Of a stretch of DNA of 64,000 bases, positions 26,159 to 39,822 are shown piece by piece. The notes under the pieces are model-generated. The model saw only the letters and a program-made list of their open reading frames with translations. It ran no database searches and was not told the DNA's origin. Positions within the stretch are counted from its first letter, which is position 1, and the number at the start of each line of letters is the position of its first letter. The translations under genes were made by a program, and so were the position numbers. Source of the DNA: Utricularia gibba (Eukaryota > Plantae > Magnoliophyta); the NCBI GenBank assembly GCA_002189035.1, contig NEEC01000008.1, positions 2,666,001 to 2,730,000 of the forward strand, read 5' to 3'.

Positions 26159-28154
26159 CTAAGAATGCCTTCTTCTCTTAATACTATCTCCATTGAAGGC
26201 CTCCCACCTGCTGTGATCCAGCGAACTCAGATCATCCAGTTCTGATATGGCAAGCAAATACTGGGTTAGTTTCACTAGTTCTTGGTCAGTGTTCCGGTTC
26301 GCATGAGCCTTTCTGAATGGTTTTATCACCAAACCATTTTGTGGGTTCATCACAAAGTTTCTCCGCAAATCATCGAACATAATTGTGTTCTTGGCACCAT
26401 AGTACTACAAGGGGATTCAATAGAAATAATAAGACTAAACATTTCTGAGTTAAGATCAACAAAGAAGAAATAAAAGTTAAGTTAATTTGTGAAGGCAAAC
26501 CTCAGGAAACTGAGCCCATATCACCCCAAGTGGCTTGCAGTCAAATACGCCACGGGTATCAGAATGAACAGTGACCATTGCTGAATGATCAAGAAGAGCT
26601 GTAATTTTGTAACTGGGATTATTCAGAACACTAAGCTCACTCATCTTCAGCTTGATCCATTTCATACTGCAAGGAAAGCAAGTTCACTAGAGTTTGATGC
26701 ACGCATAGCAGTGGCCAAAGAATCTGTCATCTTTCAGTTTGAAGGCTTCAGATTCACAAGAAATGCAGAAAACATTGGCATCTGAGGATTATACACATGT
26801 AGACTACTTATGAAAGATGTGAAGACACTAACCTGGTAGCGGACCATATCATGATATCAAATTCCGAGTAGGCAGCTGATAGAAACTCGTGAAGATCTGA
26901 ATAATCGTAGTGAAATATATATCATATCACTGGAGTGACAAATGAAAAAAAAAAAAAAATCACTTCAAAAACTTACAAGGCCTCATAAGTTCCATAGGAT
27001 CCTCAGCTGTGGACCGATGATCAAATAGGGTATAATCAATGTCCAAAACAAGCAACTTTTTGCCTTCACGACAAGGGTTTAAAAGTTCAATCTGCCAGGG
27101 AAATGGGAACCACCATCAACAGTTAAAAACATCAATAACTGAGGTAACGATCTTCCAAAATAACATCCTATAACGGGTTCCAAGTGTAAAACAAGGCTCT
27201 TTAGAGCGTAGCAGTACCACATGGGAAATTTCATGAGACATGAAATAACAACTGAGAAAAGTTAAGCCAATCCAAATACTTATTCACTTCTTCAAATAAC
27301 AATCTTGGCCATCTTCTTAACACCCAACTATAATTTCAAATATTTCAATACCAAAAACATGGAGAACCACAAACCTTGTATTGTGCAACACGACGCCTTA
27401 ATTTCTGTAGATTAACTTCTTTATCTTTAATATCCACCTCTTCTTCCGGACCAATTTCAAAATCATCAACAATCTCCGGAGCATCCACTGGATCAACAAT
27501 AAATTCTTCATCCACTGTACTGAAGATTCCACAAGGAAGTTCACATTGACAGGTCGCATTAAATATCAAGATTGGCACTTTCAAAAAGTTCAAACAACCA
27601 CGTCACAACAATTCATCAGTCGGAATTAGGAAACAGAACTATGCCTCCACGAAAAAATGTACGGAAGAGGCACAGGTGTGAAAAGCTGCTGTACTAACGG
27701 TAATAATCTAGCAGCAAATATCACATTTTTGGACATCGACATGAAATCGTTAGAACTCCCAATAATCATAAAAGGCCCTCACAGCATTAACGTCAATCAG
27801 CTTTAAAAAGCGCAACGAGAAGCAAATTCTGGTAGAAAAAAAAATCCAGTTTGAGCAACGGAAATAAATCACCAGCATACCCAATCATTGTAAGTTTTAG
27901 GCTGGCCCTGATAGGAATCTGAGAAAGAAGCGAATCATCGGCGAGTTTGGTGCCGACTTTGGGATACAGCAGTTTTTGCCTCTGGGGTAGCACCCTTGTG
28001 ACCTCGCATATCCTCCGCTTAAGTTCACCCACCGTGTCGTCACCATGAACCCTAACGGTGAACTCCTTTCCGCTCCACTTCACCGTCAACGTTATCTCCT
28101 CCGTCCCACCGGAGAGGACGACGACGACGACGACGGAGTCGTCTCGGAGGCCAT
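26159..28154 (-). CDS. UBLCP1: Ubiquitin-like domain-containing CTD phosphatase (At4g06599-like); apparent 1-nt deletion at 28105-28107
   Basis: UBL domain [12 protein letters not shown]...[14 protein letters not shown] motif [15 protein letters not shown] in the exon near 27010-27075. C-terminus [26 protein letters not shown]. The likely ATG at 28154 ([11 protein letters not shown]) is out of frame by one base. Confidence 0.9.
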
Positions 28155-28212
28155 TGGGTTGAAGGGAAGCTCGTGGTTGCATCCTTATTTCACTGCTTTA
28201 TTAATTTCTAAT

Positions 28213-28270
28213 CGGGCCTTATCTAAAATAGCCCATAATTAATTTGGGCCGCCATTTCCTAATCAGCCCA
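28213..28270. promoter_or_regulatory. Site II cluster upstream of UBLCP1
   Basis: GGGCC 28214, AGCCCA 28230, TGGGCC 28245 and AGCCCA 28265. Confidence 0.5.
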
Positions 28271-28323
28271 ATAATGAATTTCAATTCCGGCGAAGGAGAA
28301 GAAGACAGAACCGAAAGCAAGAA

Positions 28324-28837
28324 ATGGCGCAGCCGAGAAAGGAGCCAGCTTACGATATTCATGCTTCTCTATCTAAGAACATTTTGCTTTTCCAGAGGTA
28401 GAAAATTGATGCATCATCTCGTTGATATTTTGCCAAGTACTTTAATTGGCTAATTAATTTCGTAGTAGTGTTTGTTTGTATCTGGCCCTGTTTTCTGCTT
28501 AGCTTTAACTCCATGGATTTTCTTTCGTTGATGCAGTTGCAGTTCTGGTTTTGATCGGCGTGATCAGGCACCCTGAATGTGTCGTTTTAACTGGCAGATT
28601 AATCTCTAGGGATGAAAAATGCATGTGAAAACTGGTGGTTAATCCTTTTAACTTAATAACTTAATGAATGTACATTGCTGACTGCAGGTGCATCAAGGTA
28701 ATCCAGTTACCGCTGAGGTTGCTCCTTTGCTGCGTGCTGACTGCTGCTTTTACAGAGAGATTGGAGATCAAAGGTTTCTTATAGCTCAAAATGAAGTTTG
28801 TGTCTCGTAGGTGTCGGTCCAAGTCAAAAGAAGATGA
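28324..28837 (+). other. Possible small spliced transcript divergent from UBLCP1 (micro-ORF or lncRNA)
   Basis: ATG at 28324 (MAQPRKEPAYDIHASLSKNILLFQ), donor AG|GTAG at 28398, acceptor CTGCAG at 28687, donor AAG|GTAAT at 28698 and acceptor CGTAG at 28810. No homology recognised. Confidence 0.25.
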
Positions 28838-28938
28838 AAAACCTATGCCCTCAAGGGGTGTACAACAACGAAGTTTTAAGATGCTCCCTCCCCTGGATAT
28901 GTGGAATCAATGAAAAGGCTGGTTCAACAAACCAAAAT

Positions 28939-31728
28939 TTACATGGAGTATTCTCTACTTCTCAATGAATCTTGCCTTCTCAGTGGAACGCCTTCCTGTC
29001 CAATGCCATCTTCTTCATCAGATATTTTTGGAAGAAGCCTTGGGGACAGTACCACAGAACCTGCATTAAGATTGCAATTTGTACCAGAATTCTCATCATG
29101 TCAGATTGTTGTCCCACACTTAAGCATGGATGCAAGAAGGATTACCATCAGCCATGTCTTTTGTTTTATGAAGAAGAAAAGTCCCTGAAAGAATGGTGAC
29201 GAAGCCACACATTTGCGTCACAATTTGAGTGGGATTCTGCCTGTCCCATTCCTGTTCGCAATAGTGCTAGTTCATATTCACTTTCCTTGAGGAATGATTG
29301 AACCAGACCCCATACTGTCATTGTGTTAACAGAAAAAAAGACTTGTTACCTTGAACATTATAACACTCGCCAATATGGTTAGCGATGTGAACATGACATA
29401 GTAAATTGGCGAAACTACAGCTGTGTTGAACGTGTCCAGAGCCTGAATCCCACAAACATTGAGGAATCAAAGGTTGAAATAACCTGAAATCTCAAGCAGA
29501 AGTGAAAGCAGAATAGTTGTTACCATGTTCAGGTAATTCATTTGGGTGAGAACGCAGGCACCCACCACCAGAATAAAGGTCCATGTCTGGGGATACAACA
29601 TCTGATTCATTCCTGAAAGCGTCAGCTTCAGTGCAATTCCAACTGCTTTTACACTCATAACCTGCGAAGGATGATGCAATTCAACCATCTCTATGCCTTA
29701 GAATGTTTCAGTGGATGCTGAAAGATGATACAGATTCAGGATGTGTGAAAGCATCAATATGCCTACCGACAATGAGCCGACGAGTGAACACACACTGATA
29801 TAGCACATTATATTCGTCTGGCCATATTGTGGAACACAACGAAATATCAAGAAGAGGGTGATCATGATCACCAAGGCAGCATAAGATAGGAAAGCTGCAG
29901 GAAGAAGCAAGTGAGAAGTACACCAAGAGAAACAAAAACTACTGAAAAGATTGAAACTTCAGTATACCGGGCTGTGTGGCAAGACGCCACAGTTCAGTCA
30001 CAGATTCTATTTCCCGTTCACGGGGAGCGTGCAAGACAATTGTGATGGACCCAACAACACATAGAGCACAACCAAGAACGCCAAATATGTTAAGCCTTTC
30101 CTCTAAGATGATGTGAGCAAGTACAGCGCTGCAATAGACTAATATCAATCACTTGATGTGAACGAGAAAACATATTATTCAGGTAAGTTCTCAGGTGACC
30201 ATGCCTAATAATTATGCTCAAAGCACCAAGAGGAGTGACCAGTATTGGAGGGGCAAAAGCATATGCTGCAAAGTTGGCTACCTCCCCCACGATCACTGTT
30301 TCAATAGGTAAAAAAATCAGCTAAATTTGCATAAACCGCAGCAATTGATCTTGAGCTTCCAGCTTGTCAAAATCAACTTTCTTTTCATTGGCAAGAAGGA
30401 AAAGATATATAAGGGAAAAAAAAAGTATATCAAATATGAGATGTAAGAATATAATCAGCATTAACCATTAAGAGGAGAATCACCAATGGAAGCAAACTAC
30501 TTCAAAAGCTAACGGCAAATACAATAAAGAGCTCCAAATTTTTTTCATACAACTACAGCTTCTAAAGGAAATTTTCTCGATATATTACTTTCACTAGTAC
30601 ATCCCCTAAAACTGAATCATTTGCAGACCACGCCACAGTTAAAGCAGTAAAACCACACAGTAACTATCACAGTATTTAAGCGCAAGTACATCAAGACCTT
30701 CAAGGTCATCATGTGTATGATTCAGCTTATCCGGACAGATTTAGTAAAGTTTTACACAGAAAAGATTAGGGGTATAAACTCACTTGTTATCATGCCCGCC
30801 CACCATAATGGCTCCAAAAGATATGAATACCCTCCATTTCCTGCAAAAGAAGTATAAGAAGGCAACTGAGATCTCGAAGGGCAAGAAACTGCTTCATGTG
30901 CTGAATAAAGCAAAAATAGAGAGCTTCTAACTAAAGAATGAATGACACAGCAACGAAGCACACATCTAGAGGTTTGAAAATAATAAAATGAAACAAAACA
31001 TCAAAGATCAGTAGAGAAAAAAGACTTTTTGCTATGAACTGCCATGTGAAAGTCTGAAAACTCTAGAATGCTGACACTTTCCAGTTATCCCATTCAACCA
31101 TGAGAAACTCTAAGGTCAAAACATAGCATTTCCGGATTCCAGTTCGACTTTCAACAGGAGCCATAGAGGCGACAAACCGAAATACCATACCTAGTGTCAA
31201 GATCAAGTTCATCAGTTTTGTTAACGATCTAGATAATCAAAAGATAAAATAACCCAGCATTGGTTAACAGAAAAAACTGAAACACAAGGAGTTTATTCCT
31301 TCGAATTGCTTGGATTCTACCATTTACGGAGCTAACCAAAAATTACGCCAAAACCAAAACTCTGGAATATCAAGTTCATTGGTGCTATTAAAAATGGTGA
31401 TCCAAGAGAAACATAAGTATTTACTGCCAGCATCACGGAAACTGCTACAATCCTCACAGCTGAACACAGCACCGACCTCCAAAACAAAGTCAAAGTAAAA
31501 TTAATGTATCCTAAATTTCATTCACTTACCAGCTCTGACTCCAGAAGCACCCGCTTTCTTCAGTCCTTTTTTCTTCACAATAAAGCTCGACCCGATGAAG
31601 ATACTAGAAGACAAAGCTAAAACCAATCCCTTTATGTTGTCCGACGACATCCCGTAGTAAGAAATCAACGATGGCGGAGCAACACCTCCGCCCACCGGAA
31701 CCGCCGGCGCTGCCGTTGCCGACACCAT
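28939..31728 (-). CDS. NIPA: NIPA-family probable magnesium transporter
   Basis: [72 protein letters not shown] and [16 protein letters not shown] at 28941-28939. Confidence 0.95.
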
Positions 31729-33882
31729 CTTAAAAGCCACGAGTTGAACGCAGTAAAGCACCAAGTCTATCCCAAGAGTCCCTTTTTATCACAAAAACAA
31801 ACGATGATAAGTGGGTTTTCGACTGCCTTCAGATTCCAGATATCACGATCTTCGCATCTGACATCCAGTTCTAAAATCCATCTGGGTCACAAGATTTAAT
31901 TTGGACTCGTATTGAAATTTGACTTTGTTAAGGAAGGTGGAAAACACCCCAACGAAAATGTCGGTGAATGAAGCGAAGTCGAAAGAAAAACAAGGATCAG
32001 ATTCTCCGATGGAGAAGTAACTAACAGAGGGGAACTTGAATCAGTTAGTCAACTGCCTAAACAAAGCCACGAAAAATTTGGCTGCCCTACTCAGCTGACA
32101 AATTCCAACTGCACGAAGACCCATAATTTACAGGGAAATCCCCCCACCATTTCTGCTAACCTAAAAATCGATCCCTTTTCCAGATTTAAATCCAGTATCT
32201 ACTGAAGCAGCCAGCAGTACCAAAATTCTCTGAATTCTCTTCCAATCATTCTCTACATAGGTATTCACGCCAGCATGCCTCCATCCTCTGAACCACTCCT
32301 TTTAAAGTTGAAATGACATCATCTCATAATTCCCCTGTGGCAGAAATGGAACGACTTTCCTTCCACGCATCATCCCTGATTCATGTTTTCATCCCCCAAA
32401 ACCATGTATACTTCTTTGAGTTCCAAAATTGATCAAAAATAGTCACTGCCTGGAAACTTCCCTTTTGTTGATAGAAATCCAGCTTTAAAGCAGCAGGGCG
32501 TCATGTGAGCTTCATTGACTTGTCCTCCATGCTTTCCATTCAGCAAACTCGAACAGCATCATTTTGGATCGAGAATGAAGAACTGGTTCACGAACGTTCA
32601 AGCTGGAAAAAGGAGATCATCATCCAGTAAACACACAATGGAAACGCTACAGCCAACCGTACTAAAATTTCTCAAAATAATTAGTAGCTGCTATAATTTA
32701 ATTATTTAAATAACATTTGTTATGATTTTTTTAAAAAAATGTATTTTTCATTAATACATTAAATTAATATTTAAATACAGCAACAATACCATGAATGCAT
32801 ATGCGTTTTAGACAAGAACGCCGATTGTAATTACGCAATTAGTGGTACTAATCATCCCTAAATTAAAACGAATTGAATTTAAATTAATTTTTTATAATAT
32901 ATTAATCAAATTCAATAATTTTAATTATATTTTAAAATTTTAATTATTATTTAAAAATTTATTTTCAATTTAATCAAAGTTTAACCCATGATTTTAAAAC
33001 ATACCCTCCTACAATCGCGAAATCATCTTCTGGTTCACTCCTGGGCTGGCTTCTTGCGAACTAAACCCACATGCAAGAATTGAAAAGTACGTGTGACTCG
33101 GGCTCCAAGAAGGTGGGAAGAAGCTAAAGCTAAGCCAAGCTGAATCCCTTCGTGGGAAGGAAGCAAAAAAGCGAGCTCGCCAAATGAAGAAATCCATGCT
33201 GAAACTAAAAGATAACCAGGGCTCATCGATCGGTTTGTGAGTTGCATGGCTTTACTTTTTGTGTTCACTTGGGTTTATTGGTGGCAGCATCTTTCAGATG
33301 ATTCATAGAAACAGTTTGCTGATCTTGAATGGAAACGTAGTTGAAGGAAAAGAGGTAGAACTGTTGGGTAGTTAAATGGAAAGAAAGCATGCATGGACAG
33401 TAGGGATTCATTTAGTTCGTCTTCTATTGTTGCCCTTTTCTTCCTGGTTTGCTGCAGAGTTCTGATGCTATTGTTTCTGTGCTGTCATTATCTCAGTATT
33501 TGGTGCTCCCAGATCTGCTCTCCAGGTTTGATGTATGCGTGATATGAATTGGAATTCGTCAGCTGTAGAGATCAGCCGCCATTTCCATACCTAAGATATA
33601 TCTATCATATGGAATGCTTTCTGAAAACTACAGCTTTTTTTCTTTTACTCAAGTCATTGAAGGAATAGTAACAGTCATAGATCGTTGATCATAATGTGAA
33701 ACTTCCATAACTTGCAGCATCAAGCGCAAGGGATCGAGTACAATGCCTCATATCAGGATAGACAACATAAAGGAACAGTCTGTTTCCTAAATTTATTAGT
33801 TTGCAGTCGAGGAGGCGATTTCGGATCAGCAATGCCAAGCAGATGTAATGGATATGGCCCTTTGACAGGAGGGATGAATGAG

Positions 33883-34137
33883 CTACGGAAATGGTTTGGT
33901 CATGTTAACTAGTGGCGGTGGTGGCGTCAACAGCGGTGGCGGTGGCGGGGAACTGTCAAACGGAGGCTGTGGGAGCTCCGGAGGTGGCAGAAGACAGGGA
34001 GATAGAGCACATGAAGGGAAAGGTGTGCAGAGCCAGTGACAAAACCCCAAGGCTCTCGAACCAGTCACCAGAATAGCAAGGTGAACTACAAAGAGGCAGT
34101 ACTTTATCGCTAGAGCCTTCCTCATGACTTCAGGCAT
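33883..34137 (-). CDS. Small secreted Cys/Pro-rich peptide, copy D (divergent member)
   Basis: Intronless. Hydrophobic signal-like segment (YCLFVVHLAILVTGSRA), Cys-rich start of the mature part, SPPPPP/TPPPP tail. TATAAATA on the minus strand at 34175-34168. ATG at 34137 or 34125. Confidence 0.6.
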   Translation of the reverse strand: MPEVMRKALAIKYCLFVVHLAILVTGSRALGFCHWLCTPFPSCALSPCLLPPPELPQPPFDSSPPPPPLLTPPPPLVNMTKPFP

Positions 34138-35551
34138 TGTTCTGTGAATGCAGCCAGTCAATCACCATATTTATACCCAAAAAAGTCTCCATCCACACAC
34201 ACAGAAGCAGGCCCTTCGTCAGACAGACAAACTTACTTAACGCTATTCAATGACAAATAAATGGAGTTGAATTCTCCTCTGCTACTGTCAAAGTCAATCG
34301 TGTTCGGCATCTTGATACCCCTCCTGCATCCCGGTATCCATACCTTCACAGCCCACCTCAAAAGACAGTAACTTTCTACCATTCTTGTCTCAGTTTAACA
34401 GAATGAAAACTGACATGAAGAGAATCGTTATGCAAAAGTTGAATGCAATCTGTTGCAGAAACTTACGTGGGGAGGGGATGGGTTGATCGGAAGTCATGAA
34501 AAGAAAGGAATGCCACATATCCATTGACTCTCCGCACTTATTGTGGGAGGTTCTATGGACCGAGCTATATGAAAAACTGTTCCCATTGATCAGAACCACA
34601 ACACAGACAAAATACGTTCTCAAATTAGGAAGTATTGACTCATTAAGAGATGAGGACCCAACTAAGAACCCTAGACTAGGTTTAAATGTATACACAATAG
34701 CAGCTAAGCACATGGGAAGAATCGGTTCTCGATTAAGGAAGGATTTGGGACCATTGTGTTAAAAATGGGTGAAAATGATTTTTAATTATATTTATTATAA
34801 AAATAAAAATAATTATCTAAGATATAATATTTCTAATGTTTCTATTTTTTAATTTGTTATAAAAATTATAAATTCAGATTGAACAAGATATATTAATTAA
34901 TTAATTAATTTTTTATATTACAAATTTGATAATATGTTGACATATTTGTAAAATAATGTCACTTTTAATATTAATTTTCTATTTTAATGTAATTTGAATT
35001 TTAAATTATTTATTTCTGTTTAATAAACTGTTGAAATTACAATTTAATGTATATTGTTGATTTGAATATAAATTTCCTAAAAAAAAACTGTAATCATTTC
35101 CACTCTTCTCCACACTTCGGGTAACTTGCAAATTTACTGCTGATCTGCTCCGATTCAGAAAAACGACAATTTTCTGTTAGGACTCTTGAATCCCAGTTTC
35201 ACCGAGATAGCAATCTTTGGCGGCATCGTCGCAACCTGAAATCCGGTTTAAAAACTGGTGGAAAGTATGTTTTAGGAGCAGATTTCTTGATTCTCAGATC
35301 TGAGTTTCGCCTCCGGTTTTTTTTTTTGGAGAAGATGTAATCCTTAACGCCGTTTTCGGAATTGTTCGGGTTGCTGCTGTCGACTTCTTATTTCCAAGAA
35401 TCTGACATTTCCTAGATTTATGAATGCTTGCGTTGGTTTCATTATCTTTTGATCGAGCGCTCTAGTTGTCGGATTACTGCTGCTAGATGAGTTATTTAAC
35501 TGAAATCTTATGGATCTGAAACAGATTGGCTGAACAAGGACATGATCCATT

Positions 35552-38500
35552 ATGGCGTGCTTCGAGAGGGTTAGTGTTAAACAGAGACTAAAATGGGCAA
35601 CGGTCGTGGGCTTGGTGCTGTCTTTTGGTTCCATGTTGGCGCTTGCTTTCATTGCAAAGTCGAGCTCGGATATGCTGCATACTTTGGACACGGAGTTTCC
35701 GTATGATATTTATCGTGTTAATGATTCTGCTGCACACGTGAGTTTTTGAGTAAATTTTTTAAGTGTGTAGTAATGCTTTCCTGTATCATCTTAATATAAT
35801 GTATACCCCATGCTTTTGAAGGGTGCACAGTATAGTCGGAAGCTTTGGGGAAACATAAGAAGCTTGGAACCATTGCAATCATATGCGAACCCGAGAAGCA
35901 TATCCTATACTGGTACTTGCTCTGTCAATGGCTCGTTAGTACTGGAAGAGTGTTGGCTATTTGTATGCAGACCAATGTATTGCGTTCCAATGAATTTCCC
36001 TTATATTTTTCATATTTCAGCTCCAAGTAACCACAACAATGGCTTCATTTACGCTGAAATACATGGTGGTTTTGAGAATATAAGAAACTCGGTACTCATA
36101 GTTTACTACTGTGGATGCAGTTATCTTTTCTTTGAATGAAGTTAACAAATGCTTTTAAATTTTCTAGATATGTGACCTTGTCACATTGTCTAGGCTTCTA
36201 AATGCTACCCTTGTCCTTCCTGAGATTCGAGCAATCTCACAACTGGAAGGCAACAGGTACCGTTATCATATAGTTGTGATACCAGGCTGGCATTCGTGTT
36301 GCTAAGACAAATGCTTACATTCACAGCTCCAACGTAACGAGTTTTTCATATCTTTATGATGTGGAAAAGTTCATAGCAACCCTGGCCCGTGATGTCATCA
36401 TTGTCAGTAACTTACCTCCCAACTTTGAGGAGGCAAGAAGGAGAAAACATTATCCAGTCTTCAAAGCAAAGCGCACTTCTTCTCCCAATTTTTATTTGGA
36501 TGAAGTCTTACCGAAGCTGAAGGACACAAAGTTCATTGGCTTAATTGTCACAGATGGTGGATGCTTACGGGTATGGCTATTTTTATGTGTGTGCTTTTCT
36601 TTCCATCCATGAGGTAACTGTCTTAGAAATATTATAATGTATCTTTTGCTACTTGATTGGAATACTAAGGTTTTACTTGTATTTCATTGTTTGTCTTGTA
36701 TCAAATACAGGAGATTAGTGCAAAAGAATAATGAAATAACTTTACGCTTAGCATCAAAACTGTGCATTTTTGGTTCCTTTCTGAAGGATTATCTCATGCC
36801 ATTTTCTGTGTACATATTCTCCTAGATTACATCCTGCTTTAGAGATAGGAATATAATAGGCAATGGAGTCATAAAGTCTTCTCGAGCAGGGTAACGACAT
36901 CCATGTTTCTCTTTTCCTAATGAAATCCAGTCTATTCTTCCACGGAGCTTTGTTGAGCTTCAGAGGCTCAGGTGTCGAGTTGCATTCCATGCACTTCAGT
37001 TCCGTAAAGAGATTTCTGAGCTTGCTCAACTTATGGTGGAGAGGTAAGTACTAGAAGCCTATTCTTTTCCTTATTCATGCATGCAAATTTTTGTTAGGAA
37101 GTGCTGGGTCAAGTCATGATCGCCAAATATTTCTTCATCTTTCTCAGGCTGCGAGGTTCTGGTCACCCATATATTGCCTACCACCCAGGGTTGAAGAGGG
37201 ACACCTTAGCATACCATGGCTGTGCTGAAATTTTTCAGGTAAGGTCAAGTTTGACTTGACGAATTAAACTTTGTCGGTTACCAACACTGATATGATACCG
37301 GTTTTCTTGAATCATGGCTCATGCACACTTTTTGAACTGATTCTGTTCTGCTAGGATTTGCATGCAGAGCTCATACAGCATCGTCGAGCCCAGATGATCA
37401 AACAAGAATTAATTAAAGAAGGCTTAAGTGTTGATTCACATGATCGGAAGTGGAATGGTTCATGCGCTCTAATGCCTGAAGAGGTACATTAATCATGCTT
37501 AGCTTTTCTCGTAAGAATGCTCATTGGTATTAGGCCTACAATATTGTTGAAACTTATTCCATGGGGAAGCAATCACTTAGGCTTGCTGCCTAAAAATTTG
37601 TAGGTTGGACTTCTCCTTCAAGCTATGGGTTACACTTCAGTAACAAGAATATATTTGGCGGGTTCTGAAACTTTTGGTGGTCAGAGGGTTCTGATTCCAC
37701 TGCGTGCCATGTATCCGTTCTCAGTGGATCGAACATCTGTTTGCAGTAAAAAGGAGCTATCAACAGTCATTGGGCTGGAGACAAATCTCCCCACGGATGA
37801 CTTTGAAATGCCACCAATAAAGAGTCCTAAGCAAGCAAAAACAGATTGGGAGAATGCTGGTCCTCGTCCTAGGCCTCTTCCTCCACCCCCAGATCGGCCG
37901 ATTTATCAGCATGAAAGAGAAGGATGGTATGCGTGGATTGGTGAAAAAGATGGAGAACCAGAACCCTCAGTTAGAGATTTAAGGGAACAAGCCCACCATC
38001 TAATATGGGATGCTCTGGATTATATTGTTTCAGTTGAAGCAAATGCATTCTTTCCTGGCTTTGACAATGATGGGAGTGGATGGCCTGATTTTTCCAGCTT
38101 AGTCAAGGGACATCGTCTATACAAAATGGCTTCTAGTAGAACATACAGACCAGAAAGGTGAACTGCTCAATTTCCTTAGCAGAACAATTTCAAAAACTTA
38201 TAATGTATGTCAGTTAACAATTGCTCTATGTCTCAGGGTAGGTTCCAACAGTATGTTAGTATTAGCTACCGTCTTCTTTCTGCATGCTTTTCAGGAGGTA
38301 GACGTGTCGTGGATAATCTAACTTTTGTTTTGTGACTTTACACAGGAAGTTTCTTGCTGGGCTGTTCAATAGCACAAACGATCATCGCTACCACCCTTCA
38401 CGAAACTGGACTCTTGCAGTAAGACAACACCTCAACCAGAGCACTGGTGAAGATGGGATTGTGCGCGACTTTTATCAATCCAAGCCAAAGCTCTTTCTGT

Positions 38501-38775
38501 CCTACCCCCTACCTGAGTGCACCTGCACGACCATCAAACATGCTGATTCAAAAGGCAGCAATCTGAAGAAAGTGTACGAGGGACAGGCAGAGTGCCCACA
38601 GGAGCTGATCAACCTCAGAAAAGGTCGATTTCAGGATACCCATGCGGATGATAATGATGATGATGATGATGTAAAGCAGGAGGATGATGATCCCGAGTCC
38701 ACGAAATCAGATGGTGCCCGCCGCCTTGACCTCCTCTCCTCTGAGCAGGATGAAGAAATGGATCCCGATGATTAG
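35552..38775 (+). CDS. OFUT27: O-fucosyltransferase family protein (GT106/POFUT-like, At3g30300-like)
   Basis: N-terminal transmembrane anchor, NGFIYAEIHGGFENIRNSICDLV...LLNATLVLPEI, ELQRLRCRVAFHALQFR, IYLAGSETFGGQR, WDALDYIVSVEANAFFPGF and acidic end DEEMDPDD*. Confidence 0.92.
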
Positions 38776-39126
38776 TTGGAATCCTGGTGCCGTTTCCATG
38801 GCCGAATGGCGGTCTCCCTGCACATATTCCGCAGCTTCAGAGCTCTCCTCCCTCCTCACACAGATGCACTTTCCAGATCAGAGCTGCACAGCTCATACAT
38901 GGCTATCAATCAACTGATGATGATCCTTGTTCAGGTTCGTTCACTATTCTTTTGAGAGAAACACAGGTTATGGAGATGACCCATTCTAGCCTTAGGGATG
39001 GAATAAAAGTGTGTGCTGCTACGCCTGTAGGATTCAACGATGCTTTTGTGATTCGTGATATGAGTTCTCCAGGCCCATTCCATTCAAGAGTCTAGGAGAC
39101 CCGTGGGCAAGCGAAGCTTATTCAAT

Positions 39127-39216
39127 CCAGCGTTTTAAATTTTTTTTTTTATAAAATTATTGAATTAAATCTAAAAACTCATGAGGTGAGTTCAATTGCT
39201 GACTTTAAAACATTGG
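39127..39216. mobile_element. Tiny MITE-like element with imperfect terminal inverted repeats
   Basis: CCAGCGTTTTAAA...TTTAAAACATTGG. The same terminus (GCCAATGTTTTAAAA) occurs at about 41778 and a related one inverted at about 32990. No target-site duplication seen. Confidence 0.35.
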
Positions 39217-39537
39217 CTTAACACATTTGAAATTTCAAATCAATATTTTAAATTATTTTTTTAACAAAATTCTATTTATTATTAATTTTATTCAAAAGTA
39301 CACGCAACTTTTTAAAATCACAAAAAATAAGTATAATTTAAAAGATTTTAACTAAAATAATATATAAAATGATATTATTAAATATGTTTATATAATTTGA
39401 TTAAATTTATTTTAATGATGCTGTCTGTCTGCATACAGTCAATTGCCTTGATTTGATGTCCAAGGTTTTAATGATGAACATAAATAGTAATTTACTTCAC
39501 TAGTTCACTTTGGATTCCATTCAACGCATTATTTTTC

Positions 39538-39545
39538 TATAAATA
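39538..39545 (+). promoter_or_regulatory. TATA box of peptide gene A
   Basis: TATAAATA about 50 nt upstream of the ATG at 39593. Confidence 0.7.
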
Positions 39546-39592
39546 GTTAGTGAAATTGGGCTTCATCTTCATCTTCATCCCAGGCAATCACA

Positions 39593-39822
39593 ATGAGGAG
39601 CAATCAAGCCATCTGCTTCTTCATCCTTTGCCTCTTGGGTATCCTCGCTGCAAAATGTAATGCTTGGCCCTGTGGCGGCGAGCCTCCAAGTCCGTTGCCG
39701 ATTCCAAATATGGGCCCCCCAGTACCGATGCCATGGCTTCCCCCGTTTCCACTATGCCCATCTCCACCGCCGCCAACTCCGACGATACCCCTCCCGCTCC
39801 CGCTCCGGCGCCCAAAAGCTGA
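39593..39822 (+). CDS. Small secreted Cys/Pro-rich peptide, copy A (as read, frameshifted at 39788-39791 and extending to 39859)
   Basis: Signal peptide MRSNQAICFFILCLLGILAAKCNA, then WPCGGEPP...LCPSPPPP. One extra C restores the end PPPAPAPAPKS*, matching copy C. Confidence 0.75.

Noticed and set aside
28774-28810. Extra 18-nt exon (28756-28773) in the putative small gene
   Set aside because: It would need a 37-nt intron, below the normal plant minimum.
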